DNA of 64,000 bases. It comes from Phoronis australis. Its lineage: Eukaryota > Animalia > Phoronida. The stretch lies in the NCBI GenBank assembly GCA_002633005.1, contig NMRA01000577.1, positions 203,512-267,511 of the forward strand, given 5' to 3'. The translations under genes were made by a program, and so were the position numbers. The notes below the pieces were generated by a model that was not told where the DNA came from, did not search any database, and worked only from the letters and a program-made list of their open reading frames with translations. The stretch's first letter is position 1. Every line of letters starts with the position of its first letter. Positions 56,101 to 64,000 of the stretch are shown one piece after another.

Positions 56101-59100
56101 GATCTCAGTCTAGGTGATCTCAGTCTAGTGTCATTTCTATTCAAGCAGTGTCTCCCCTGTGTGTAAAAATCTGGGCAGCCCGCCACCCTCAACCTTGTCC
56201 ATACTGACTGCCACACTGACCGAAACTATATCTTTGTCGCAACCAGTCTAGAGTGAACAACAACAACATACACAGCTCCTGTCAATGTTTGTGCATCAAA
56301 CGGGATAAATTACAATTCAAAATTGGATTTTGAATTTTCCCCAGGCAAAGATAATTATAATTTCATGAAATATCTTGACTTGCACTCGCTCAAGTGATCA
56401 ACCTTGACACTGCATGCTCAAATGAGTGAATACAGTCTGGAGGCCAGGCAAAGCGGACTTCGACCTTGACACTGCTTGACTAAAATGGCTTTGCTGATGG
56501 ATTGGGTGAAGAAACATCATTTTTTATTCATATTTAACGCGTTAAGTTTACAGACAAGATCGTGCAGCAGTGTGAAGAATACTACACAAAAAAGTTTGAT
56601 TTAATGAAGCACAGACCACTGTCAAACTGATGATATGGGATGGGAACAAGTCTAATTATCTCGGTAGTCGTCTGCATGAATAAGCCGACTGCTATGACGC
56701 CGATCCAACTGATTCATGATGACAAAAATAGTACCATTAGAACATTCCTCTCCTGCTCAGTTTGAGGTGATCACAGTTTAACTGAGTGCAAGCATTGTCA
56801 CACAAAAAAGCTCCAATGTGAATATTCAGCGTTCTATTAAAACCAGCAACGGTATAAATTAGCGCCTATGACCCAAGCATTACAAGACCAATAAAAACCC
56901 TGGGCCTACTGATGACATGTCCAAGCGCTATATACCATACCTGTACGTATTCTCAATCTCCACTAGTTGTTCTGCCATCTCTTGGCAAACCTCCTCTCTA
57001 ATCTGTACTTCTAGCAAGGCATGTTTTCGTTTCTCGGCCAGCATCTCCTCTTTCAAACCAGCTATGATGGCCTTCAACGTCTACAAAGGTAAAGCAAGGT
57101 TAATTTTGAAGTTGGACGACAGAAGCATGCTCTAACTTTGAAAACTAGAGTACCCACAGATATCCCACACCCCTTGTCAAAGCAAAATAGATTTCACGTC
57201 TATCAATGTCTCATGGTTTCATAAGTTGTAACAACCAATCTCATCTTCCTTGTACCGCAAACAAATTGTTACAAACTAACAGGAAACTGGCGGTCATTTT
57301 CCAAATTCTCAGCAACGAGTGAAAACCACGCCAGTGCAATACAGTTCAGTACACCCCCTCCCCACACAGCATATCCACATGCCCACACTAACCTCTTCGC
57401 GTTCCGTTTCTGACTCTAACAGATCCTCGTCGTCATCTTCAGGTATGGGCAGGTTGGCTGCCATCTCCACGCTGTGCTGGGCGATGGTGGCAGGACTGGC
57501 CCAGCTAATGGAAGGCCGTGCTCCCGTTGGGCTGTGTTGAAGGGCAAGGGAGACGAAGCGGGCAGCATTCCTCAGGGTGCTCTTCTTGGGCTTTGGCTCC
57601 TCCTTTTGGACAATCACCTAGACAACAAGTACATTACACCATTAGTGAAGAATAGATGACACCTCAAATAAATTACTTTAAAGTGACCTCCAGGGAATGG
57701 AAATCCATCTCGTATCTAATTGCCAGCTTATGGCTACTCAAAATCATTCAAGAGTCAAAACACATTCTACTATAACATCAAAAACACTTGAGTTTTAAAC
57801 TGGAGTTGTGTAAGAAAGCAGCAAGTTGGAATTCGTTCCTAGATCCTCGTTTCCTTGACTAACAGTTGGCTAACAAGAACACTTAATAACCTACTAACAA
57901 TCTAGTTTGTGCACATTGTTAAGAAGAAAACAGTCCAAGTCAGCAATGCAGATTGCTGTTTTCCATTATTTTATAGGTCCTGAGATGACCTGGTCTTAGC
58001 TTCAACTGATCGTATGACCTCTGATAAAACTTCTGGGGGTATTTCCAAAACAAGATGGTGTAAACGAATGGAGAGAAACAAAAAGACTGGGAAAATAAAG
58101 TAATGAATATGAAATTATGTGTTTATGAAAGTTTGCAATCTTCAGATTTGCGAGACCACGAAACAAAAGCAACAAAAAAAAACCTGTTTGGCGATGGCGG
58201 AGAACTTGAGCACGTGAAGCGTCTCGTCAAAGGCACTGGCCAGCTGGTTGACGTTCACTATCATACAGGCACGACCCTTGCCGCAGAAGTAACTCTGGAA
58301 CAGCCTCGTCAGCTTGCTCTCACGGAATGGGATAATTTTGGGGTTCTCCCTGTAAAACGTTAGGGGTCACCGTAATATCAGGGCTTGGAATGACCAATAA
58401 CAAAAAACGCGGAAACTTTTACGGCCCAAAACATGCGCTACCCAGCCTTGAAATAATCGATGTGAACCTTTAGTCGACAAAAATCGCGAGGACTAAAAAA
58501 AAGTTACCACCATCAGTAGCATGCGTCTGCGTCTTTTTAGCTCGTCCGTCCACTCCCACCCCCACACATTTTTGGCTGCAGAGCCGTAGTATTTGTCACC
58601 GCGGTTTACAATCACACGAGACGCCATTGAAAATCCCACCACACTATTCCAGATACCCCGGCAATGTTGAAAATTTACGTTCCTCTGAAACATAAAGAGC
58701 AACTTCTGCTTTTCGAGGTGAACGTCGTCGGCAACGCCGCGGAAAGAAAGGAATTTTTTTATGCGGAAATATAATAAAATGCGCGGACAGAACATTTGAA
58801 AAAAGCGGAAATTCACGTTTCCGCAGAAAATTCCAAGCCTTGGTAATATGATAACGATAGCAGTAGTAAAATACAAAACTAAGTGTCCGTGGCCTAACAA
58901 ATCAAGCGCACTAATTGCATGCAATTCAACATTTCAACAACGTATTTTTTCATCACCACACATTTTCAAGTTGTACAAACTCGCCAGGTCATTATCAGAC
59001 TGCATTAATGACGTACTCATACCGCAGACTCATGACAAATTCGTACATAACCTTACATGATTTCCTCACCAGTTCATTCCATGTATTTTTATTGATCACT

Positions 59101-62100
59101 TCAACTAAGACCATCTAAGAAACATGTTGTACATAATTTAGAACTAAATTCTCTTCACTTTGTTGGATTTTTTCTCTCGTAACTTTTACTAATCACGTGT
59201 TCATATTACTCAACTCGAATTCAAACACCCAGTACAAGTACCCACACTATGTTACAGATGGCTAAAGACACGAGTCCACAAATCAACCATTAATTCCAGT
59301 TTTGCACACACCAGACGTTGGCGTTCACTCACTTGTGAGTTTGATTATATCTGAGAGTACTGATACACCGCCCGAGTGTCAACAGTGACGTGTTGATGTT
59401 GCCAGCCTCCTTCAGACGGTCACCAGTGTTCTGTGTCTTGGTGTAGCGCTCAGAGCCAGCCAAATCCACCAGTGACAACCTGTGAGATGGGAAATCATTT
59501 CAATGAGCACAGCTTCTAACTTCTTCGTTTCCAACTTAACTCGCAGAACACATCTAAAGAGACCCAGCAGTGTGTCATACAAACACACAGTCATAAAAAT
59601 AACTTATGTGTACACTAAGATATATAGCACAAATCAGCAAAGCATACTGAATTAATTGGATCAAATATTTTACAAGTATGCACTTTGATATTGCAAATAA
59701 TCTTCACTTATTACGCACAAAAATATTTCCGAAAATTGTAATTTTCCTAATGTTCAAAGGCTGATCCCTGTGCAGCAAAAATCGTGAACTACACCAAATT
59801 TTGTTTTGAAGACATATTTCTTGATAGTTATTTATTTTTGTTGCAAAATTTGACAAAATAAAATTTCAGTTGTCCATGTTGTGTGGTAATTACACAAAGA
59901 ATTCCTGTATCCACTTTAGTCAACCTCGCAACAGTCTAGTAACTTTTTGCACTTGAAATACTTCCTAATCCTTTTCTCTGCAACTCAGCTCATTGGCCTT
60001 GGAGAGGGAAGCAAGCATTTGTTGCCATTTTTGGTAAGGGCTGTTCCAGCAAAATCTGTATGGGAGGGGGGGAAGGCACTTTTATTTCGTACCCACCGCC
60101 CATAATTTTCATTTATTTCTCCAACCCATGACCCATAATTTTTTAATTATTTTTAATAGGTTAAAATATAAAATCCAACACTTGCAAACAAATTGCCTCC
60201 AGGAGGACCTGTTAAGAACTTAGATGATTGACAGACCAGAACCAATATCGTATTGTCAAAAACTAAAGTAGCCTGTGAGCAATACTTTTGGCAGCCACCA
60301 GGTGTCTCTGTTCATCATGTGTCTATAATTTCAATGAACATTTTTTCAATTATAAGGATCTATGAATCTCAAACTGTCTCCACGAACTCTTTTATACTTC
60401 TATGTCAAGTGGATATTGGAACTTGTTTATCTTACTCCTCATACTTTTTATTTAAAAACCATCAATTTTCTTATATGTGTTAACACCAGTTTAGTGTTGC
60501 ATAACTTTTCAATTCAATAGGACTGCAGACAAGCAGTTGGCTCAAATCAAGTTGCCCATGACTTGGTTAATGGCTTAGTGAACATATTGCACTCTGTTCA
60601 CTAGCAATATGGGCTTTTCTGTATTGGATTTTTTTTGAGTTTTGAGGGCTGAAGTAACCAACCTGTCAACATTAACAGGTCAAAAAATACCACCCATTTT
60701 TAATGCATTACTTCTTAGGGCTGTTCCAGCAAAATCTGTATGGGAGGGGGGGAAGGCACTTTTATTTCGTACCCACCGCCCATATTTTTCATTTATTTCT
60801 CCAACCCACGACCCATAATTTTTTAATTATTTTTAATAAGTTAAAATATAAAATCCAACAACTGCAAACAAATTGCCTCCAGGAGGACCTGTTAAGAACT
60901 TAGATGATTGACAGACAAGAACTAGTTGTCTTGTCCAATATTGTAAAAAACTAAAGTAGCCTGTGAGCAATACTTTTGGCAGCCACCAGGTGTCTCTGTT
61001 CGCCACGTGTATATAATTTCAATAAACATTTTTTCAATTATAAGGATCTATGAATCTCAAACTGTCTCCACAAACTCTTTTATACTTCTATGTCAAGTGA
61101 ATATTGGAACTTGTTTATCTTACTCCTCATACTTTTTATTTAAAAATCATCAATTTTCTTATATGTGTTAACACCAGTTTAGTGTTGCATAACTTTTCAA
61201 TTCAACAGGACTGCAAACAGTTGGCTCAAATCAAGTTGCCCATGACTTGGTTAATGGCTTAGTGAATATATTGCACTCTGTTCACTGGCAATATGGGCTT
61301 TTTTGAATTCGGATGAGATAGGATATATGCCAATTGGATTTTTTTGAGTATTGACGGCTGAAGTAACCAACCTGTCAACATTATCAGGTCAAAAAATACC
61401 ACCCATTTTTAATGCATCACTTCTTACAGGAACGACCACCCATATTTTGATTTTTTTTCTGAAGACCACCACCCATGAATTTTTATTTCAACTGCCGTCC
61501 CCCCCCCCTCCCACACGGATTTTACTGGAACAGCCCTAAATAATACCAAATTCCAAGCATTTTAACATTAATTACTGATCTGCTACTAACATTTATGAAA
61601 TGACGCGTTCGGCAAAACCGTCACGTTTCTCCGACCTTTCAACACATGAACACTGCAACATATATAATGCGTCCACATATAAATATGTGGGCGCATAAAA
61701 AGTACAGCTCTGACCATGCCCAGCTATAATACTTTCTAGTGCTTTATCGGCTTAACTTTTATTACTGCACATGGCATTTATCAAAAAAAAATTAAGAAAA
61801 GAAAAAACCAACTGCTGTACTCACATGCTCATTCTACACATATGGGGATTCTCCTTGTCCACAACACGCAGCACTTTGATACTAAAGATACAGTGACTGC
61901 GACTAGAGTTCTGGTTCAACTTTGTGCAGGCAAACTGCAGATTCTTCCGCCCGATCTGCAGGATGCGATACGCCTCGTCCGCCGATGTCACGTGAATGTG
62001 CTTCAGGCCTGCAAAGAATGATCAACATTGACAACCTAGTTATGAAAGGAAGTAAATACTGGCAGATATAAAGATAAAACGTGTCACTAGAAGTCGATTA

Positions 62101-62627
62101 TTTTTAAAAATAAAATAAATTGCTACTTCATACAGTTTTCTTAGGCATCTACGCGTTCAGTTGGTCGANTTTTCTTAGGCATCTACGCGTTCAGTTGGTC
62201 GATGACGAATTTAATTGCTTTTTGGTGACTTTACTTCACAAAAAAATTTATGAAAGATTTTAAGATTATCAAAAACAATCTTATCATACCACTGCATTAC
62301 ATTGTTGTCTGCAGAACTTTTCTTATCATTCAAAATGAGAAGTTAGGCTATATCAATGAACAAAAAATCAAATCAATACCAAAAAACATTACTTTTGGAT
62401 GACCTGACCTTTGACATAAGGACTGCCATTCTTATCTTCCCTCAGGGTCAACACCTGTCTTCGAGCGTTCTTCTTCTTGGGCAAGGGTTCCAGAAGGTCG
62501 TAGATGTACTCGTTGTATATCTCAGCGAACGTGACCCAGACGGAGAACTTGATCTGGCCCTGTGCTTCCACATCTATAGCCATCTCCTCACGGACCCTGT
62601 TTTCGGCCTCGTCTAGCTCATCAAGTC
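20021..62627 (-). CDS. KIF20B: Kinesin-6 family motor, KIF20B/MPP1-like (KIF20A/B co-ortholog); spliced, 26 coding exons in window, 5' part (incl. P-loop) lies beyond the window end
   Basis: Manually joined GT-AG exons stay in frame (7,442 nt, ~2,480 codons). Motor motifs: [19 protein letters not shown], switch I NQNSSRSH, switch [60 protein letters not shown]. Tail segments [31 protein letters not shown] and [14 protein letters not shown] resemble vertebrate KIF20B as recalled; no search was run. Confidence 0.9.
22143..22397 (-). CDS. KIF20B: KIF20B-like penultimate exon (SP-rich basic tail)
   Basis: tttcag/GTAAGT; TSNDSFSR...[37 protein letters not shown]...KKKRLL...PPPF. Confidence 0.9.
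22945..23424. mobile_element. Second copy of the 58379-58842 MITE family (left end differs)
   Basis: Colinear similarity (ggaatgaccaat...ggaaacttttacggccc...aaattccaa); explains the similar spurious ORFs at both loci. Confidence 0.75.
23799..23885 (-). CDS. KIF20B: KIF20B-like exon (near-identical copy at 24086-24172)
   Basis: cacag/GTAAAT; [29 protein letters not shown]; second copy across single N at 24053. Confidence 0.82.
24434..24733 (-). CDS. KIF20B: KIF20B-like exon
   Basis: aacag/GTAAGT; 300 nt; RTTRKTRGR...[17 protein letters not shown]...[14 protein letters not shown]. Confidence 0.87.
25066..25385. repeat. 82-bp tandem repeat (~4 copies) made from an exon 3' half plus donor site
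   Basis: Unit agatacactcacctgattgccttttgactcc...gaggccactttgttctctaacat; donor-like ends at 25323, 25241, 25159. Confidence 0.9.
25323..25427 (-). CDS. KIF20B: KIF20B-like exon
   Basis: ttccag/GTGAGT; [35 protein letters not shown]. Confidence 0.85.
25690..25800 (-). CDS. KIF20B: KIF20B-like exon with conserved WRExRDQLV motif
   Basis: tccag/GTAAAG; [37 protein letters not shown]. Confidence 0.9.
26000..26095 (-). CDS. KIF20B: KIF20B-like exon (coiled coil)
   Basis: ttacag/GTGAGA; [32 protein letters not shown]. Confidence 0.88.
26270..26520. repeat. Degenerate (CAGA)n-rich low-complexity tract
   Basis: acagacagac / ggtctggcaggca..gatca repeats ending in (CA)n. Confidence 0.7.
26657..26817 (-). 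CDS. KIF20B: KIF20B-like exon (coiled coil)
   Basis: cttag/GTGATT; [20 protein letters not shown]...HLKKEKE; phase 1-0. Confidence 0.87.
27406..27516 (-). CDS. KIF20B: KIF20B-like exon (coiled coil)
   Basis: cacag/GTATGT; [37 protein letters not shown]; phase 1-1. Confidence 0.87.
28464..28583 (-). CDS. KIF20B: KIF20B-like exon (coiled coil)
   Basis: ttacag/GTTTGT; [25 protein letters not shown]...RVHS; phase 1-1. Confidence 0.85.
29026..29151 (-). CDS. KIF20B: KIF20B-like exon (coiled coil)
   Basis: tccag/GTCAGT; [42 protein letters not shown]. Confidence 0.88.
29574..29757 (-). CDS. KIF20B: KIF20B-like exon (coiled coil)
   Basis: ttgcag/GTAGGA; [14 protein letters not shown]...TFELALK; phase 0 to 1. 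Confidence 0.88.
30440..31495 (-). mobile_element. Non-autonomous Helentron derivative (DINE-1/HINE-like), full length
   Basis: On - strand begins TTTTTATGCGCCCACATAT..ATATGTGGACGCAT (hairpin/subTIR), has a (CCGT)n tract, ends with the inverted subTIR plus a short stem-loop and CTCTTGTT; no TSD; highly similar to 38695-39746. Confidence 0.85.
31643..31838. repeat. 46-bp minisatellite, ~4 copies
   Basis: aaggcacattcactacacaccaccctatactcacagaacactgagc repeated. Confidence 0.9.
31863..32036 (-). CDS. KIF20B: KIF20B-like exon (coiled coil)
   Basis: gtcag/GTAAGA; 174 nt; [16 protein letters not shown]...QQEVADYK. Confidence 0.9.
32366..36012 (-). CDS. KIF20B: KIF20B-like giant internal exon (3,647 nt), E/K/L-rich coiled coil
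   Basis: tttttgcag acceptor (phase 1), AAG|GTAATG donor (phase 0); corresponds to the 1258-aa ORF. Confidence 0.9.
37143..37890. mobile_element. Non-autonomous DNA element with inverted arrays of subterminal ~16-bp repeats
   Basis: Left (tgtgtcccgggttcta)x~4, right inverted (ccgggacaca)x2; internal repeat aattatgcatgcaaat..gttaatgaggt. Confidence 0.5.
38695..39746 (-). mobile_element. DINE-1/HINE-like Helentron derivative, second full copy
   Basis: Same termini (aacaagagcaacgc...atatgtgggcgcataaaaa) and colinear with 30440-31495; small internal 21-bp duplication near 39062-39111. Confidence 0.85.
40997..41172 (-). mobile_element. HINE copy truncated by contig join
   Basis: aacaagagcaacgcagagcgttgaaatgcgcccaca... 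matches the other copies up to the N at 41173. Confidence 0.85.
44310..45415 (-). mobile_element. Old diverged relative of the same HINE family (left boundary approximate)
   Basis: Shared motifs caaatttcatgaaaatcc-like, attgccactaggggg and terminal hairpin gaatgcacacatat...atatgtgggtgcat. Confidence 0.65.
46040..46045 (-). terminator. Candidate intronic polyadenylation signal (ATTAAA) for the short isoform
   Basis: tttaat on + strand ~80 nt after the TAG at 46122; AATAAA candidates also at 44064 and 43880. Confidence 0.3.
46122..47702 (-). CDS. KIF20B: Candidate alternative terminal exon (read-through of exon 12): ~526 aa, mostly S/T/P/Q-rich disordered tail with basic C-terminus
   Basis: Uninterrupted 1,581-nt frame continuous with the exon-12 coiled coil, TAG at 46122-46124; higher GC than flanking intron; ATTAAA ~80 nt past the stop. 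Confidence 0.75.
   Translation of the reverse strand, partial: AAAVEELKKLLVESKKALEVAEVKLQQRDETMVDLRQTVDTQKGSGQENSVKQAVATTPHPQHNFNSSVLLTPRCHDPNSSMIAQLFPNVGIGVVPLSGADRESCFSVGLSDSQYSHDCGDDEIVFKMPTCPQDNPTSQKALPDSNAEATQTTPLVFDTTSTQTLTLRTVQQRAATQTSPVSQSVGVTQTNSLYSESLSKPVDKAALTVSEIQTVSISAECYSPVACQTGFWQQLEQSKTIAQTSELVGSTSPNFSENLSKKVSPTIHSDTNEGQCLISKVLCSSSNNMPVLVPVAPEVCVAPIESTPACQVVPVLDRAPQLIITPVTAPALQAFPSGTPTKRETCKKSKPTTKNVAASPHKVNFAPLASPYCQSQVIPMVKFTAGFRTSTEQAVSSKSKKPDLVDKIGKENVRQNQPRKAEAKRLRASHLSKSDLVNQATMVLSPLRNSFVEQQTKTSLLRLCSSPQGQAKCSSTTCHGKRVLTDAVNALADKPKKRKVTKIVSKRRSSQPNRYNTRSRVRKADV
47573..47702 (-). CDS. KIF20B: KIF20B-like exon 12, internally spliced form
   Basis: ttcag acceptor; [11 protein letters not shown]...TVDTQK; weak phase-1 donor AAAG|GTAGCG at the end of the coiled-coil portion matches the phase-1 acceptor of the giant exon. 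Confidence 0.72.
48354..48608. mobile_element. Short MITE sharing termini with the P-like family
   Basis: CAGGGCTTTGAATGACCAATGACAAAAAA ... AAATTCCAAACCCTG; different interior; no TSD seen. Confidence 0.6.
49446..49564. repeat. 18-bp tandem repeat, ~6 copies
   Basis: gccatttataattaatat and variants. Confidence 0.8.
49979..50104 (-). CDS. KIF20B: KIF20B-like exon (coiled coil)
   Basis: ctgcag/GTGAGG; 126 nt; [42 protein letters not shown]. Confidence 0.88.
51198..51296 (-). CDS. KIF20B: KIF20B-like exon
   Basis: ttgcag/GTGAGT; 99 nt; [33 protein letters not shown]. Confidence 0.87.
53274..53363 (-). CDS. KIF20B: KIF20B-like exon (coiled coil)
   Basis: tgtag/GTAACA; 90 nt; [30 protein letters not shown]. 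Confidence 0.87.
53481..53742. mobile_element. Degenerate palindromic (hairpin) MITE
   Basis: aaagctgcgtttggccctgttaagctggc vs gccagctaaacatggaaaaatgtagcttt; inner ttctcataaaa vs ttttatgagag. Confidence 0.5.
55376..55558 (-). CDS. KIF20B: KIF20B-like exon (coiled coil)
   Basis: gtcag/GTTAGA; 183 nt; [20 protein letters not shown]...ELRKSHEK. Confidence 0.88.
55722..55896 (-). CDS. KIF20B: KIF20B-like exon (coiled coil)
   Basis: tgcag/GTGAGA; [21 protein letters not shown]...HAEQIKVK; phase fits both neighbours. Confidence 0.9.
56066..56128. repeat. 15-bp tandem repeat, 4 copies
   Basis: taggtgatctcagtc x4. Confidence 0.9.
56941..57080 (-). CDS. KIF20B: KIF20B-like exon: first coiled coil
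   Basis: [46 protein letters not shown], the KIF20-type LExxIRxEV(C)xEM motif; tgtag/GTATGG. Confidence 0.92.
57393..57617 (-). CDS. KIF20B: KIF20B-like exon: extended neck/linker
   Basis: tctag acceptor, GTTAGT donor, 225 nt phase 0-0; [12 protein letters not shown]...[16 protein letters not shown]. Confidence 0.9.
58184..58349 (-). CDS. KIF20B: KIF20B-like exon: microtubule-binding loop and end of motor
   Basis: ttacag acceptor, CAG|GTTTTT donor; [55 protein letters not shown]. Confidence 0.95.
58379..58842. mobile_element. MITE with 13-bp TIRs and 7-bp TSD (P-element-like)
   Basis: CAGGGCTTGGAAT ... ATTCCAAGCCTTG flanked by GTAATAT on both sides; related copy at ~22945-23424. Confidence 0.8.
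59333..59479 (-). CDS. KIF20B: KIF20B-like exon: motor switch II
   Basis: cacag acceptor, GTGAGT donor; [48 protein letters not shown]. Confidence 0.96.
60038..61536. mobile_element. PIF/Harbinger-like MITE with duplicated left half
   Basis: ~40-bp imperfect TIRs GGGCTGTTCCAG(C/T)AAAATC..GGGAGGGGGGG; TAA on both outer flanks; 60038-60717 repeated from 60718. Confidence 0.8.
61825..62008 (-). CDS. KIF20B: KIF20B-like exon: motor switch I
   Basis: ttgcag acceptor, GTGAGT donor; [49 protein letters not shown]... Confidence 0.95.
62409..62627 (-). CDS. KIF20B: KIF20B-like exon (first in window): end of kinesin-6 loop-6 insert and motor beta strands
   Basis: ctcag acceptor, AAAG|GTCAGG donor; [14 protein letters not shown]...[23 protein letters not shown]...[12 protein letters not shown]. 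Confidence 0.93.
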
Positions 62628-64000
62628 CTGAGGGCAGTATGTTGCTAGTTATCATGGAGGAGCTAGCAGTTGTCATACAAAGATGGACACCGATGGCCAT
62701 TGACAAAGTTGTAAAATACTAAGTGTTGCTAAACATCCACCATCACCGAGACAATAATAAGTTTCAGATCCGACTAAATTTTTGTCTGATACTGTTGCAC
62801 TTTGCTATTTGCAGAAACTCTGCATATCTATTGACCAGTTTGCTGAAATTATGAGATCTCATATTTTGCTTGGCAGACACTGATTATTTGTGGAGGAAAT
62901 ACTATTTTTTTCAGAATCGTTAATTGGAACTTTTCTGATCTGAGCCTCGATTCTGCATTTTTTTGAGTGACATCTCACAGCACTGACCAGGCTGGTTGCT
63001 ATGATGGGCAGGTATGACCAAGACTCGCCAAACAACACCCTGAGAGCATGACTGGATCGAGATCCGGATATTTTGTTTCCAAAGCAAACAACAGATGGCA
63101 CTGCCTTACGCTATCTGACAAAGATTTAATTAATGACGAGGAGATTTCGTCTGGTTTATGTGACCTTTCTCAAAATGTTTAGCAATAACAGACAATGATT
63201 TGCATGCAAACAAGGAGACTTCGTGGATTTTTTGTGAGATACCAGAAACGACTTCAATGTCAAGGAATCTAATTTGATTAGTCGCCTTCCTTAAGTGACA
63301 ATGTCAGCGACAAGTAGTATTATAGTTAGCAGATAAGGGCAATAACGTCTCACCTGAGTAGGACAACCTACAGTCGCAAATTTCTGATAGTAAACCCCAT
63401 TGAGTACATTTGGAAATAGCATAGTCTCTACCTTAGAAGGATACTAAACCTTATTTTGATGACTCTAACCAATTCTCGTCCTGTCAAATGCTAATGTGCA
63501 ATTGGACTCAATATTCCAATGTTAAAGACAGAAATCCACTAAAAACTAACACTCTCTATGTCACAGATTGAACACAATTAGGTCCTTGGTGGATGGTCTT
63601 TTCCCAATTGTCTTGTAATTCGCTAAAAATGTAGGTCATGCTTGCCCGTTTATCAGATTTTGAAAGGAGTTTTCGAATTTTCCTCCAAACTTCAGAGTGT
63701 TGGCGAAGGTTAGAGGGCATTATGTTGTTTTCGAGTACTGGATGGAAAAGTCGTTTTAGTATCTGTTAATAGGCCACAAAAGGGTATGGTATCCTTTAAT
63801 TCTAGTAATATGAGACAGGACATACTTTCCGAAGAAGGGCCTATTAATGAAAAATGTGCCAACGACATTGAATGAGGACCGATGTTGCTAAAAAACCACT
63901 AGTACCATTGGAGGCCCGCAGGTCTTCCGTATTTCTTGGGCACCAAGCCGGACCCATCAAGAGTTTAACATTATTGGTTGTCCATTCGCATTTGTTGTAA

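Overview
Eukaryotic (metazoan, probably marine invertebrate; inference) genomic DNA, AT-rich and repeat-rich, from a heterozygous draft assembly. It has one ~615-nt N gap and four single-N joins, each flanked by duplicated sequence. The dominant feature is a minus-strand, 5'-truncated, spliced kinesin-6 gene of the KIF20B/MPP1 (KIF20A/B) type. I traced 26 phase-compatible GT-AG coding exons from 62627 to the stop at 20021, about 2,480 codons in the window. They encode the C-terminal half of the motor domain, a very long coiled coil including a 3,647-nt exon, and a KIF20B-like tail. Most striking, exon 12 reads through its weak donor (47573) for ~480 more codons to a stop at 46122. This gives a candidate alternative last exon: a disordered tail with ~7 clustered TQT-type LC8/DYNLL-binding motifs, a KEN box, a D-box-like motif and an NLS. 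One locus may therefore make two kinesins with mutually exclusive tails. Introns hold DINE-1-like Helentron derivatives (one captured as filled and empty alleles side by side), a Harbinger-like MITE with a duplicated left half, P-like MITEs and minisatellites. I could not support any gene in positions 1-18,000.
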